DNA of 64,000 nucleotides from contig CM102285.1 in NCBI GenBank assembly GCA_046563655.1, forward strand, positions 1,984,001-2,048,000, written 5' to 3'. Positions 50,616-61,982 of this stretch are shown here, one piece after another (position 1 is the stretch's first letter; the number at the start of each line of letters is the position of its first letter). The stretch is from Yuukianura sp. NJ FZ-2021 (lineage: Eukaryota). The position numbers and the translations under genes are program-made. Below the pieces are notes generated by a model. That model searched no databases and was not told the origin of the DNA. It worked only from the letters and a program-made list of their open reading frames with translations.

Positions 50616-51893
50616 TTAGTACCTGCTAAGTAGCAGCTTCAATTTCTCTTCTTTTGACTGTTTCTTTGACTCCCAGAAATCATTTTCAGTTGACCTTACT
50701 TTAACAATGGTGTCCCGCAGAACGTCTCCGAATAACTTTCTGTTGAATTCGTTATTACGAAAAACGTCGATTGCTTCCGAAAGTGTTTTCGGTAACCGCG
50801 GAGGTTGTTTTTCGATCGGCAAATGTGCTGGATTGCGAGTAACTTCTTCCGGTAATTTAACTTTATTTGAAATTCCGTGTAAACCAGCACCAATCAACGA
50901 TCCCAAAACAAGATACGGATTGGAAGTGCCGTCGGGTGTTTTCAGTTCAAATCGCTTTAAATGTCCATAGGTGTCTCGAATGAGCCGAATCGGAGCTTCT
51001 TTGTTTTCTGTTCCCATACAGTGGAACGCTCCGCAACAAGTTGACGGTTGGATTCGTTCGTAGGAGTTGCCAGTTGGGGCAAAAATTAGCATCAAGTTTG
51101 GTACATTTTGGAAAATTCCCGCCAAAAATCCGTCGCCTTCTTTCGGGTTTTCTTCAAATAAATTTCTAGACTTGCGTTCCAGCGAAATGTGAATGTGAGA
51201 ACCGCTGGAAATTCTGTCCGAAAACGGTTTCGGAACAAATGTCCCTTGTTTGCCGTACTTTGCTGCGATATGGGAAATTGCTTCACGAGTCAACACGACG
51301 CTATCCGCTGCTTCTACAAGCGTTGTTCGGAATGGACCCAACGTCATCTCAAATTGTCCCTCGATCGATTCTGCATGAAACCGCCAAACTGGAATGTTGA
51401 AATCGCGTATCAGCGTTTCCACGACTTCGGTCAAAATGGACCAAGCTTCACCCCGAAGTGCTTTTGTTTCACCATATACTGTGTTGTCGGCAGGGGATCC
51501 GTCGGGGTTGAGCAGAAAAAACTCCAGTTCGAATCCCACGATCATTTGTATGCCGAGTTCACACAGCGACTTTTCTCGCTTAATCAGAAATGACCTTGGG
51601 CACAACGGACAAGGCTCGCCATTGTCGTACACGAAAGTTCCAAAGGAAACGTGACCTTTGGGGAACCAGGTCAAAGGTCGTGGAACTGTGTTTGGTTTGA
51701 AGAAGACTGTAGCTGCATCCAGCACGTGAGTCATGTCGTCCGGGTACGGATAAGTGAGCACGGCATCAAAGAAGCCATGAGATGCTTTGTTGTCGAGCAG
51801 TCTTTGGAACATGGCGTTAGTGACGACTAGGCAGCGCGTAATGCTGGACAAGTCGGTCCATGTTAACTGAATGTAAGAAATTGGGTCTGACAT
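50616..51893 (-). CDS. Glutamine synthetase-like (GSI/FluG-type) protein 1, intronless
   Basis: GFELEFFL, HAE..EGQFE, PKP...SSGSHIHISL, NSYERI, GTENKEAPIR, RFELKTPDGTSNPYL. Confidence 0.85.
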   Translation of the reverse strand: MSDPISYIQLTWTDLSSITRCLVVTNAMFQRLLDNKASHGFFDAVLTYPYPDDMTHVLDAATVFFKPNTVPRPLTWFPKGHVSFGTFVYDNGEPCPLCPRSFLIKREKSLCELGIQMIVGFELEFFLLNPDGSPADNTVYGETKALRGEAWSILTEVVETLIRDFNIPVWRFHAESIEGQFEMTLGPFRTTLVEAADSVVLTREAISHIAAKYGKQGTFVPKPFSDRISSGSHIHISLERKSRNLFEENPKEGDGFLAGIFQNVPNLMLIFAPTGNSYERIQPSTCCGAFHCMGTENKEAPIRLIRDTYGHLKRFELKTPDGTSNPYLVLGSLIGAGLHGISNKVKLPEEVTRNPAHLPIEKQPPRLPKTLSEAIDVFRNNEFNRKLFGDVLRDTIVKVRSTENDFWESKKQSKEEKLKLLLSRY

Positions 51894-52978
51894 TTTTCCG
51901 AACCGGCGTGCTGCTTATTTGTAGGGTTGTCAAAAATATGCGCTATAAACTCCTGAAATATTGAGAAAAAAAATTTTTTTTAATTGCACAAATATTTACT
52001 TACATGAAGGGCATGGGCAAATAAATAAATAATTAAAGAACCCTACAGGCAAGGAGACTAAATATGTTTGACATCCCTGCTTATTTGTTTTGTTCATAAA
52101 AACGCGGGAAAAGATTCTCTATTAATTAAATATGTTATAAGTCCGATATTTCATTTACGTTGTTACTAAATCGTATAAACTAAGTTCTGCCAAAGGGGAA
52201 TTGTTCGAAATTTTGAACAATTTAAAAAAAAAAAAAACCAAAATCTGTAAACTTTTGTTTTAACTTTTTTTTTACCTTAAATGCTGGAGTTGTCTCTACA
52301 AACGTCAATTTACAACTAAAATTTTTATCTCTTTAAATATAACTCTTTAACGCGCCGACGTTTGGCAACGTTTATTTCACATTGCGAAATGTCGTTCCAA
52401 AGTCAACATAATCTAGCTTTTCTTTGATTAGCTATGCGTTTGGTTCAGTTTTTTTGATGATTGTAGTGACACACATGGTGAGACGTATAGTGCCACGAGA
52501 TTTTGGTAATCTTCAACGTGCAGATAATTTTGTCGACATCACTTCGTGATTTTATTTTAATTGAACCGCAAATGTACGAACACAACACTCGACAAAAAAC
52601 TAAGTAAGTGTTTTCAAAAAATTATTGAATCTAAAGAATGCTTTTTATTGAGAATGACACTTTGAATAGAATTTATTTCCTGAAATACGTCGTTGTTCGA
52701 TATTTTTTTTCCTTTTATTTTGAATTTACTTTCGATAAATATAATAATTTTGTATAATAGATGATAATTTTGCTGAAATTTTGAATTTCGCAAAATTTAA
52801 TGTTTCAAAATTTTGAACTTAACTTATAACTTAGATTTGACACGCACGTAGGCAAAAGTGGAAATCAAAATTTCTAGTATTTTGTGATAAGACACAAGGT
52901 TACTTTAGTAAATGAAAAAGCTTACGAGATACGAAGATGCAAATTAGAGTTGCACGATCATGCGTGCGAATTAGTGAG

Positions 52979-54274
52979 TTAGTACCGCTGAAGCAGCATT
53001 TTCATTTTTTCTTCATGCGAATGTTCTGTGGACTCCCAAAATTCATTTTCAGTTGACCGTAGCTTCACAATGACGTCATGCAATTCCTCTCCGAATAAGT
53101 CCCGGTTGAAATTGTTGTTCCGAAATGTTTGGATCGCTTCCGAAAGTGTTTTGGGCAACCGCGGGGGTTGCTCTTCAATTGGCAAAGTTGCCGCATTACA
53201 ATTCACTTCTTCGGGCAATTCCATTTGATTTAATAGTCCTTGCACCCCTGCACCAATCAACGACCCCAGCACCAAGTACGGATTGGAAGTACCGTCGGAT
53301 GATTTCAATTCAAATCTCGTTAAAGTTCCATCGATGTCTCGGATGAGACGAATCGCTGCTTCTTTGTTTTCTGTTCCAATGCAATGGTACGCCCCAGACC
53401 ACGTTGTTGGTTGAAGCCGGTCGTAAGAGTTTCCCGTAGGAGCAAAAACTAGCATCAGATTTGGCAAATTCTGAAAAACTCCCGCCAAAAATTGGTTTCC
53501 GTCTTCCGACTCTTGAAACAAGTTTTGAGAGTTACGTTCCAACGAAATATGAATGTGCGAGCCACTTCCAAGTTTGTCAGCAAAAAAAGGCTTCGGAAGG
53601 AACGTCGCTCGTTTTCCATATTTTGCAGCGATGTGGTAAATCGCTTCACGCGCCAAAACCACTCCATCGGCTGCTTCCACAGCAGCGTATTGGAGTTCAT
53701 CTGCTTGGCGGAATGGACCCACAGAAATTTCAAATTGCCCGCTGCCTGACTCTGCGTGATACCTCCAAACTGGAACGTCAAAGTCACGCGTCAGCGTTTC
53801 TACAACTTCAGTCAAAATCGTCCAAGCGTCACCCCTAAGTGCCTTTGTTTCACAAAATAGCGTGGTGTCTACCGGAGATCCGTCGAGGTTGAGTAGAAAA
53901 AATTCCAGCTCGAATCCAACGGTCATGCGCACGTCCCAAGCATAAAGTGACGCCGTTTGCTTCACTAAAAATGACCTTGAGCAGAATGGAGACGGTCCGC
54001 CGTTGTGATCGTAGAAATTTCCAAAGGCAAATTGACCTGTAGGGCACCAGGTCAAAGGTCGTGGGACGGTGACAGGCAACAGAGTGACTGAAACTGGCCG
54101 CAATAGCGTTGGAATGTCAGCTGTGAATGGAAATGTGAGAATACACTCTGCAAAGGTATGGGCTTCCTCCTCACTAATCAATTTTTCAAACGTGGCGCCA
54201 GTCACTACTTGGCACCGGGTAATGTTGGACAAGTCCGTCCATGTTAACTGGACATGCTTAATCTCCGATGACAT
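52979..54274 (-). CDS. Glutamine synthetase-like (GSI/FluG-type) protein 2, intronless
   Basis: Same motifs; tandem paralogue of 50616-51893. Confidence 0.85.
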   Translation of the reverse strand: MSSEIKHVQLTWTDLSNITRCQVVTGATFEKLISEEEAHTFAECILTFPFTADIPTLLRPVSVTLLPVTVPRPLTWCPTGQFAFGNFYDHNGGPSPFCSRSFLVKQTASLYAWDVRMTVGFELEFFLLNLDGSPVDTTLFCETKALRGDAWTILTEVVETLTRDFDVPVWRYHAESGSGQFEISVGPFRQADELQYAAVEAADGVVLAREAIYHIAAKYGKRATFLPKPFFADKLGSGSHIHISLERNSQNLFQESEDGNQFLAGVFQNLPNLMLVFAPTGNSYDRLQPTTWSGAYHCIGTENKEAAIRLIRDIDGTLTRFELKSSDGTSNPYLVLGSLIGAGVQGLLNQMELPEEVNCNAATLPIEEQPPRLPKTLSEAIQTFRNNNFNRDLFGEELHDVIVKLRSTENEFWESTEHSHEEKMKMLLQRY

Positions 54275-55163
54275 TTTTGCAATGCAGCTTTGTTATTTCT
54301 GGGGAAATAATAGAAAATACAAAAATTAACACCTTTGAAAAGATATAGGCACAAAAATATAAAATTTCATGAGAAAATTTTTTCGTAAATTTTGACCAAA
54401 AAACTTAGAAAAAAAGTTGCATAGCCCCAGAAACGACAATCTAACCCAATTTTTGAAAAGGATTTTTAATTTAAACCTTCTCAAAATAGACGTAATTTTA
54501 CACACCAACTGAACCCACCTTCACACAATATGCTTCACTACACACTGGTGTTCTAAAAATTTGAAAATAAAAAATCTAAAAGAAGTTAGTCGGCGCTTCT
54601 TTTTTTTCACAATGCAGGTTTTTGTAGAATTGGTTGAAACCTGTATCATGTATATTGCTGCTTGAAGAACAAGTTGAAATTGAAATGCTTTCCTGTAGAA
54701 CTAGACAATACACAAACACAATTTTTGTCTTATGTTGCCTTTGATAAACTGAATTGAGTTCGGTTTATGGATTAGTTACAGGTTTTGGTTATTTGTTTAC
54801 TTTACGACCTTTTAATTAACATGTACATTTGAGTTTTGTGATGATAATTTATTATGCTTGCAAGGTAATTCCTCATGTTGCGTGTTTCATAATTCCGATA
54901 AAACAAAAATGGAAAGCAATTTTTCAATTTCTTTGCAGTTTACGGAAGGAAAGAGTGAAGCAACGCCAGTGAAAGAAGAAACTACACACTCAATGAGAAT
55001 GGAAATTTAAGAAATTAAATTTCAAAATTCAAAATTTCATTATTGGAATTTTGGAATCAAAATTATGTAAAATTCGAACTTATTTAAAATTTGAAAAAAG
55101 TGAAATCTTTGACATTCTAGATGATTTGAAGAAAAAATAAACTTCTTGCAAAGACGATGTAAA

Positions 55164-56179
55164 TAAGTATCGTCAGATCAATTATAGAGAATTCCCGCGC
55201 CAGGATATTGTTGACCTAGACCTCTGATATTGTTAGAGGTTATTTGAGGTCAAACAGCATTCGGCATTATATTAATATTAACATTAATATTATATTAATT
55301 AATATTAATATATATAATAGTAATCCTCGCCTCGTCAAACATCCATCCCCGAATTTCTGAATTGTGGAAAAAAAGATGACCTTGACCTTTGACCCTGTTA
55401 GACGTCACTCAAGCTCATCAAAATTGGATCCCCGCATACCCTTTCCGAGTCTTCCCATCCGTTTCGGTATGGAGCATAACCTTGACTTATGACACCAATA
55501 GAGGTCGCTTAAGGTGAATCCAAAAACTCATTTTTAGTCATCTGGGTTTGTATTTACACAATAAAAAAGCTGCTTAGAAATCAGTGTCGAGTTATAAGCA
55601 TTACAGACTGACGGACGGACAGACGGACGGTCGGACGGACAAGACGATCCCTAAAAGTATTTGACCTTGAACATTGACCCGGAATTTGGCCACTTCCGAT
55701 CAAACCAGAAACAGATTAGTCACCCCTGTACCATGTGAAGGTCATCTGCGAAGACATGTTGAAAATCGGTTTAGTGGTTCCAAAGTTATAGACGCGCGTA
55801 GTATGAGCGACGCCATTTTGCAACTTTCAGCGTCTATATCTCCAGAACCGTTGGTCAAAGGTCAAGGTCACCTACAGCAAAGTTGGTCCTCTCACTGAAA
55901 TGAACAACTTTTGTAGAGGCCATTTGTCCAAATTCCGTCGAAAATGTACTTGACCTTGACCTTTGACCCGGAAGTTGGTCACTTCCGGTCAAACCGAAAA
56001 CCACTGGTCCACCCCTGGACCATGTGCAGTTCATCTGTGAAGACAGATTGAAAATCGGTCCAGCGGTTCCAGAGATGTTGTGGCTAGTATAGTCGGACGG
56101 ACAGACGGACGGACGGACAGACGGACGGACAGACGGACGGACGGCCATTACGATTCCTATAAGTATCTGACGATACTTA
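55164..56179. mobile_element. Non-autonomous element with GACG/GACA microsatellites (Helentron/HINE- or MITE-like)
   Basis: Inverted ends TAAGTATCGTCAGAT / ATCTGACGATACTTA, a terminal hairpin, (GACG/GACA)n tracts near 55605 and 56095, and internal TGACCTTGACCTTTGACC repeats. It splits sequence that is contiguous downstream of GS-like gene 1 (~50550-50610). Confidence 0.65.
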
Positions 56180-56222
56180 ATAAATACATGCGAATTGATG
56201 TGTGCAAATTTGTACTTCCGAA

Positions 56223-56570
56223 TCAGTATCTGCTAAGTAGCAGCTTCAATTTTTATTCTTTGGGTATTTCCTCGGACTCTCAGAATTCATTTTCAGTTGA
56301 CCTTACTTTAATCATGCTGTCCCAAAAAACGTCCCCGAATAACGTTCGGTTGAATTCGTTATTCCGAAAATCGTCGATTGCTTCCGAAAGTGTTTGTGGT
56401 AACCGCGGGGCTTGTTTTTCGATCGGCAAAGTTTCTGGATTGCGAGTCACTTCTTCCAATATTTTAACGTTATTTGAAATTCCGTGTAATCCAGCACCTT
56501 CAGCGATCCCAAAATAAGGTACGGGTTGGAATTGGAAATGCCGTCGGGTGTTCTCAGTCCAAATCGCTTG
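56223..56570 (-). pseudogene. 3' fragment of a third GS-like gene
   Basis: GAGLHGISNNVKILEEVTRNPETLPIEKQAPRLP..LSEAIDDFRNNEFNR matches the GS-like 1 C-terminus, with stop/frameshifts and no 5' part. Confidence 0.8.
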
Positions 56571-57061
56571 CTGAATACGAATATACAACTTATTCTGTCT
56601 GAGTTTTATCTGTGGAATAGGGAGACTCAAATTCCACTTAAGCAAATGTTATTGTACTGGTGGGTTCACCTAAGGAATATCAACCGTCGTTGTAACCGTG
56701 CAGTGTTTGTGCGTAGCCACTTATGCCTTATTCTGTGGCTAGAATAGGTGGTGACTCCTACGTGGCAACTTTTTTTTGCGGTCACCTTAGCCTGGCGTAA
56801 CGTAGGCTCGCAACATGTGTTGCCACACTGTATCCGCAAAGTGGCTACAGTTTGCAAATACAAGCATGCTCGTTAGGCCATACTCCAACAGTTTGTTTGT
56901 AAGCCTAAATGAAATTACGTATGTATGTATTTATGGAAGTTTTTCGATTTGTTTGGTGTAAATTATCGTAAGTTGTAACGTTATTTTAACATTTTAAACG
57001 TTATTTTTAGAATGTAGGAACGACGAATACTGAGCCATTGAACTTCTTCGACCGGACCGAC

Positions 57062-59385
57062 ATGACAAACGAAGTTGGCCACGATTGAACAACGACGAAG
57101 AGAATACTGTCGGACAAGAAATGGAAGGCAAACCTGATGTTTCGTCAAATGATATAGTACGGTTGTATTTTACAATTTAACATCGATATTGTTATAAATA
57201 ACACTTACGATTAGTAGCCATAACATTGCATGTAACCTTCCGTCATGAGGCGGATTTTCGGGCAAGCAGATCAACGAGTAGATAGATGATATCGTTGTCA
57301 ACGACATAATAAGTCTTGTGAAGAGAAATCAATAATATCGGCATGAATTATGTTTCAGGAGTTAGATGTGGTATTCGGCCACGGGAAAATGCTGGGTGTA
57401 TCGAATTTGGGAACCGAATCAGAGGAGAAGATGCTCTTCGTTTGCGCTCAATGCAAAGTCCTATTCGATTCTCAGGAATCCTGTACTCATCATATGCGAG
57501 AACAGCATAACTTGCTGGATTTTAATTTCTCGGACATTCAGCTGACGGATGGACCTAGAAGGACTCGAGGCAAGGTCAGACAACTTTTCTTCTTAATGTT
57601 TTACCTATAAGGTTAACTTAACCTTATTGTGGTTATTTCAGATTGACCGGTCGTTGTCAACTTCTTCTCCGGAAAGCGGTGCTTTAACAGTAACAGCAAA
57701 GAAGGCTCACATTCCAAGTGAAAATCACCTCTACCGATGTCCACAGTGTCCCTACATGTTTGAAACGCTTGAAGTTTTTCAGTTCCATGAAGCATCCCAT
57801 GCCGATAGAGATACTACCCAAATGAACCGATTCATTTGCCGTATATGTCAGGGTCAGCATGAATCATTCAAAAGACTTGGGATAAGTAGAAATTCCAGTG
57901 CTCAGACAGGCATTTCTGAATCCGAACCAGCGAATAATTCGGACTTACCACAGTTGTACTATGAAAGCTGGGGTAAATGCTCTTGGCATCTTTGGAAGCA
58001 ACATAAAATTGATTGCGAACTCCCCAGTTGCCTTCATCCATTATGTGATGTAAGGAAACTTTAATATGCTCAGTCAGATCAGATTTAAAGTATCGACAAC
58101 GAGTTCCAACATGTCATGTCGTATTTTTTTTTAGTTCAAAACTCTGTTTCTTCAAAAAGTTCGAGAACATGAAGCTGTCCACTCTCCCGTTCGACACTTT
58201 CGATGCGATATTTGCCATAAGACTTTCAAACAACTCAAACAAGTAAAAAATAGAACCTTAACATTTTAAATAGTAACCTTATTAACAAACTAACAGAATT
58301 TCATGCTACTTCCGCACAGCTCCGAACTCACGAGAAGTATCACAGGACGAAGAATACAAATCTACCACCGCCAACGGAGTCCCGATGGTATGTGCGTAAT
58401 TTTTTTTCTCTAAAAACGTATCTGGTTACGTTGGATTTTGAATTTCAAACATCTGGTTGTAATTTTTTTAAATTGTCATTAGGTATACGACACAGAAGTG
58501 TGATATTTGCTCAAGAGTGTTATCAGATTCCAAGTGCTTGAAGAAACACATTGCAGTTGTTCACAACAAGCTCAAACCTCATACCTGCAACGTTTGTGGA
58601 CATCAAAGTGCCCGTAAAGCGGAACTTCAACTGCATCTTCGGACACATACGAGAGAAAAGCCACATAAGTGCCCTTGCCCTACATGTCCGTATGCCACCG
58701 GAGACCACAATTCCTTAAGGCGACATGTCCTCACACATTCGTCTAAACAGAAACCATACAGTTGTCCACTTTGTCCATTTACGTGTATTCAAAGTGCTGG
58801 ATTTAAGAAACATGTGATAGCAAGGCATGCAGCAGACGAAGCCATGAATTCACTTTTCGTTTGTCCTTACTGTCCGCATATTTCTGTTAGCAAATCGGTT
58901 CACGAATATCACATTCAAGACCACGATCAGGGACGCATTCCCATTCAAGACATGCAACAAACAGCAGAAGCAAGGAATTCAAGTGGAGGTAACCAAGTAC
59001 AGAGATTTGGAATTTTTAGAAAAAAGTTTTTAGAAAAGATGAGAATTTGAAATGGGTTTTATTGTTGATGTTGTAGATGCTTCTTCTAGCCGTGCTGAGA
59101 GGCCGTTCTTGGCTCATGAAGACAGTGTAAGTTAATTAAATTAACTTAAACCACATGTAAACAATTTTTTTATTTATAATTTATATATTTGTGATAACTT
59201 GTGTTTTTATTGAATTTCATGTCGAGCAGTCGTCCAATTCCGTAGACTTTGGAACGAGAAACTCATCCTACTGGAACCGTGAAGACGACAGCAGTGTTGA
59301 CATGGTGGTTGATACTGGCGGAATAACAATACCTGCAACTCAACCTCAACCGACACCATCGTCATCTCCAATACTCCTGGAATAG
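57062..59385 (+). CDS. Multi-exon C2H2 zinc-finger protein
   Basis: Repeated C-x2-C-x12-H-x3/4-H fingers with an HTREKPH linker and GT-AG introns between the ORF pieces. The start is approximate. Confidence 0.8.
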
Positions 59386-59892
59386 AAACCCACAATTTTT
59401 ACATCTTGTATCTGATTGTGAGATGTTTTTGATACATCATGACAATTTAGCCATAGAATTTAAAAAAATTGAGTAGTTTTTAGTAATTAGCGGTGAACGT
59501 GAGATGCAACTTTTTGGTTCCAATTTCATAGCGCACTGTGGTCAACATTTTTTATTTTGCTTTGAAGAATTTTTTTTATATTTTTGGTTTCAATTCCTTT
59601 CGAGGTTTTGAAATCATAACTTTTTCTAGTTAATTAATCTAACCATAAATAATTAGCAATGTGGTTACGTTACGAGAGGATATGTTAACAGAGCATCCTG
59701 TTCTGTCGCACTCGCAATTGCAGAGTGTAACGCGTATAACTGATTATTTGTAAAAGGAAAGTGGGAAAATTTTAATTAGGTTTGGAGGAACATATATAAA
59801 TCATCGCCAGATTAAGTTTTCATTCTACAAACGCTTTCTCTTTTAATTGAAAATTTTAGTTCCAATATTTTGAAAATCCAGTCATTTTTGAA

Positions 59893-60329
59893 ATGCATTT
59901 GTCGTCCCTTTGTGTTCTGCTGATCGTCGGAGGATTGCAGTTGCTTTCCACAAGTGTGGAAGCTGATGTAAGATTAATTTTTTATGTATAAGTTTAGTAC
60001 ACTTATTAATGGTTTATACGTTTTTATATTTGTAAACTTTGTATTATAGACGGGTTGTAGCACTCAATGCGCAGGAGCAGCAAAGGAGGCTCCCTTCTGT
60101 GCCAGCAATGGAGTCACCTACGACAGTTCCTGCAGATTCGAATGTGCTAAGAAGAAAAATTCACGTAAGATTCTTAAAAATCATGTTTTCAAAACACTTT
60201 TTTAAAATATCCAAAGTTTTAAGTTTTTAAAACTTCCTTTTTCACATAGGTTTGCGAATTGTTCAAAAAGGCAGTTGTGAAGGCGTGAATCTCAACGAGT
60301 ACCGTGAAGGTCAAAAGCGCCCCAACTAG
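59893..60329 (+). CDS. Secreted single-domain Kazal-type protease inhibitor (3 exons)
   Basis: Spliced MHLSSLCVLLIVGGLQLLSTSVEAD|TGCSTQCAGAAKEAPFCASNGVTYDSSCRFECAKKKNS|RLRIVQKGSC carries the Kazal P.C.S.G.TY...C signature. Confidence 0.8.
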
Positions 60330-60690
60330 AAAGCTAACCACGAAAAAAAAAATTCAGTATTTTGTAACAGAATAAAATATAAAAAAAATTGCACTTCAAC
60401 TAATGTTTCTTTATCGAATCTTTTCAAAATGAGGTTTTAATCGTCAACTTAATGTTAACAATCGCTTGATTTCATTTAATTAATCGCGCTTCTATAACTT
60501 CTATTGATAAATTTTTCACACCTTCAAAATTTTCGGATTCATTTTACCTACAATTTTAGTATTTTATGGATTTTGGTTTAGAAGCGTTTCGTAAGAATCG
60601 TAAAGCAAATAGTCAGGACAAATTTTGAAATCCAAAAAATTGTGAAAAGAAAATTCGCTTGGAGGTGTTCTTTTCGTTGAATGTGCTGTT

Positions 60691-60809
60691 CAGTGCGGCG
60701 CTTTCTGTATGAAGAAACTGTATTGTGGCGGGTTTTGTTTGAAGCAGCTTTTTAGTGTGGTGCTTTTTGTATGAAGTCTCTGTTTAGTGTGGCGCTTTTT
60801 GTGTGAAGG
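60691..60809. repeat. Short degenerate minisatellite (~4 x ~31 bp)
   Basis: Repeated AGTGTGGCGCTTTTTGTATGAAG core. Confidence 0.6.
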
Positions 60810-61122
60810 TGCTTGCAGGAACGTGTAATTTCGAAGGGAATATAGGAAGAATTTGAGAGAAAAACGGATATATTGAACTCTGTTGAAGATTGTAAATTTG
60901 AAATTGAAAATGATGATTGTTTAAAGAAAATTCTTAGCTTGTACTTCTGCAGTAGCAGAAAGTTTTGAATTGGCTCAAATCAGAATTTAATATTTGTCGA
61001 CAGATTCTTTTTTTTTAGATAGATGTTGAGGAAATAAGTAGAGTGTTAAATTGTATTAGTTGTAAGTTTCTGCCAATGCGCAGGTCGTTTGTTTGTGAAT
61101 ATCCGAGTGACAGGCAGAGAAG

Positions 61123-61422
61123 TTAGTGGCAGCAGTGGATTGTGTCAGGAGTTGATGGGCATTCGGCTGGTGTTGGGCTGAAGGTCTTCCCTGCAGCGGC
61201 GGCGCAAGCCTCTGCATCAGTGCAAACTCCATTTAAGGCTTTGCATTGTGGGTCTTGAGTGTACTTGGTGGCGTCCTGGGCAATTGAGGCTGAAGTGGCA
61301 AAATTTAAAAACAAATTGAGATTGAAGAATTTCAGAGTAAAAAATTTGAAATTTTTAAATTTTAGCTACTCACCCTGGACCAACAGGCAAGCGACTAGGG
61401 CAAAGATAACGACGGCCTTCAT
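61123..61422 (-). CDS. Small secreted six-cysteine peptide (beta-defensin/carboxypeptidase-inhibitor-like spacing), 2 exons
   Basis: MKAVVIFALVACLLVQ signal, then QCKALNGVCTDAEACAAAAGKTFSPTPAECPSTPDTIHCCH (C-x6-C-x5-C-x14-C-x8-CC). Confidence 0.65.
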
Positions 61423-61982
61423 TTTCAATTGACTTTTGGCAATTTGTTGCTGAAAAGAAAGAAGTAAGATGCTGTATGAGTTCTGCCAGCCGAACAAAGG
61501 CTTATATACGCTCTGTCCTAATTTTAGCGCGGCTAAATTTAAATAGACAAACAATTTAGGAAATTGTTAAAAGTAGCAAAGTCAGTTCAGCCTGGTTTAG
61601 AGGGCAGATTTAAATGGAACAAAAATGCTCCAATTACTGAACAATTAAAATTTCCAAGTTTAAATTTTCCGCATGCTAAATTTTTTCGTTTGACTCTGAC
61701 GCAAACGCTTGTCAAGGTCGCTCATACTTGGAGCTTTTCAAAGTCTTTTGGAGAGGTCGTTTTTTTAAAAAACTCGGCATTGGAAAATTTTTTAAAAGCA
61801 CGCCTTCTTGTTTGATTCATATGTACACCATTGTACAAAATATGGACGCAAAAAACATTGTACACGTCTATACATAAAGAATTCTCTAATAAATATTTCA
61901 AACATTGTAGTCAACTCCAATTTTATTTCCAATTTTTGTGTTTCTAATTTCTATTCTGTTTGACAATGATTATTTCTTTAGT

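Noticed and set aside
55855-56517. ORFs with VRPS / GRTD repeats
   Set aside because: Translation of the GACG/GACA microsatellite plus antisense of the GS pseudogene.
60691-60809. Spaced repeats as a possible CRISPR array
   Set aside because: Degenerate tandem units with no unique spacers of suitable length, no cas genes and a eukaryotic context.
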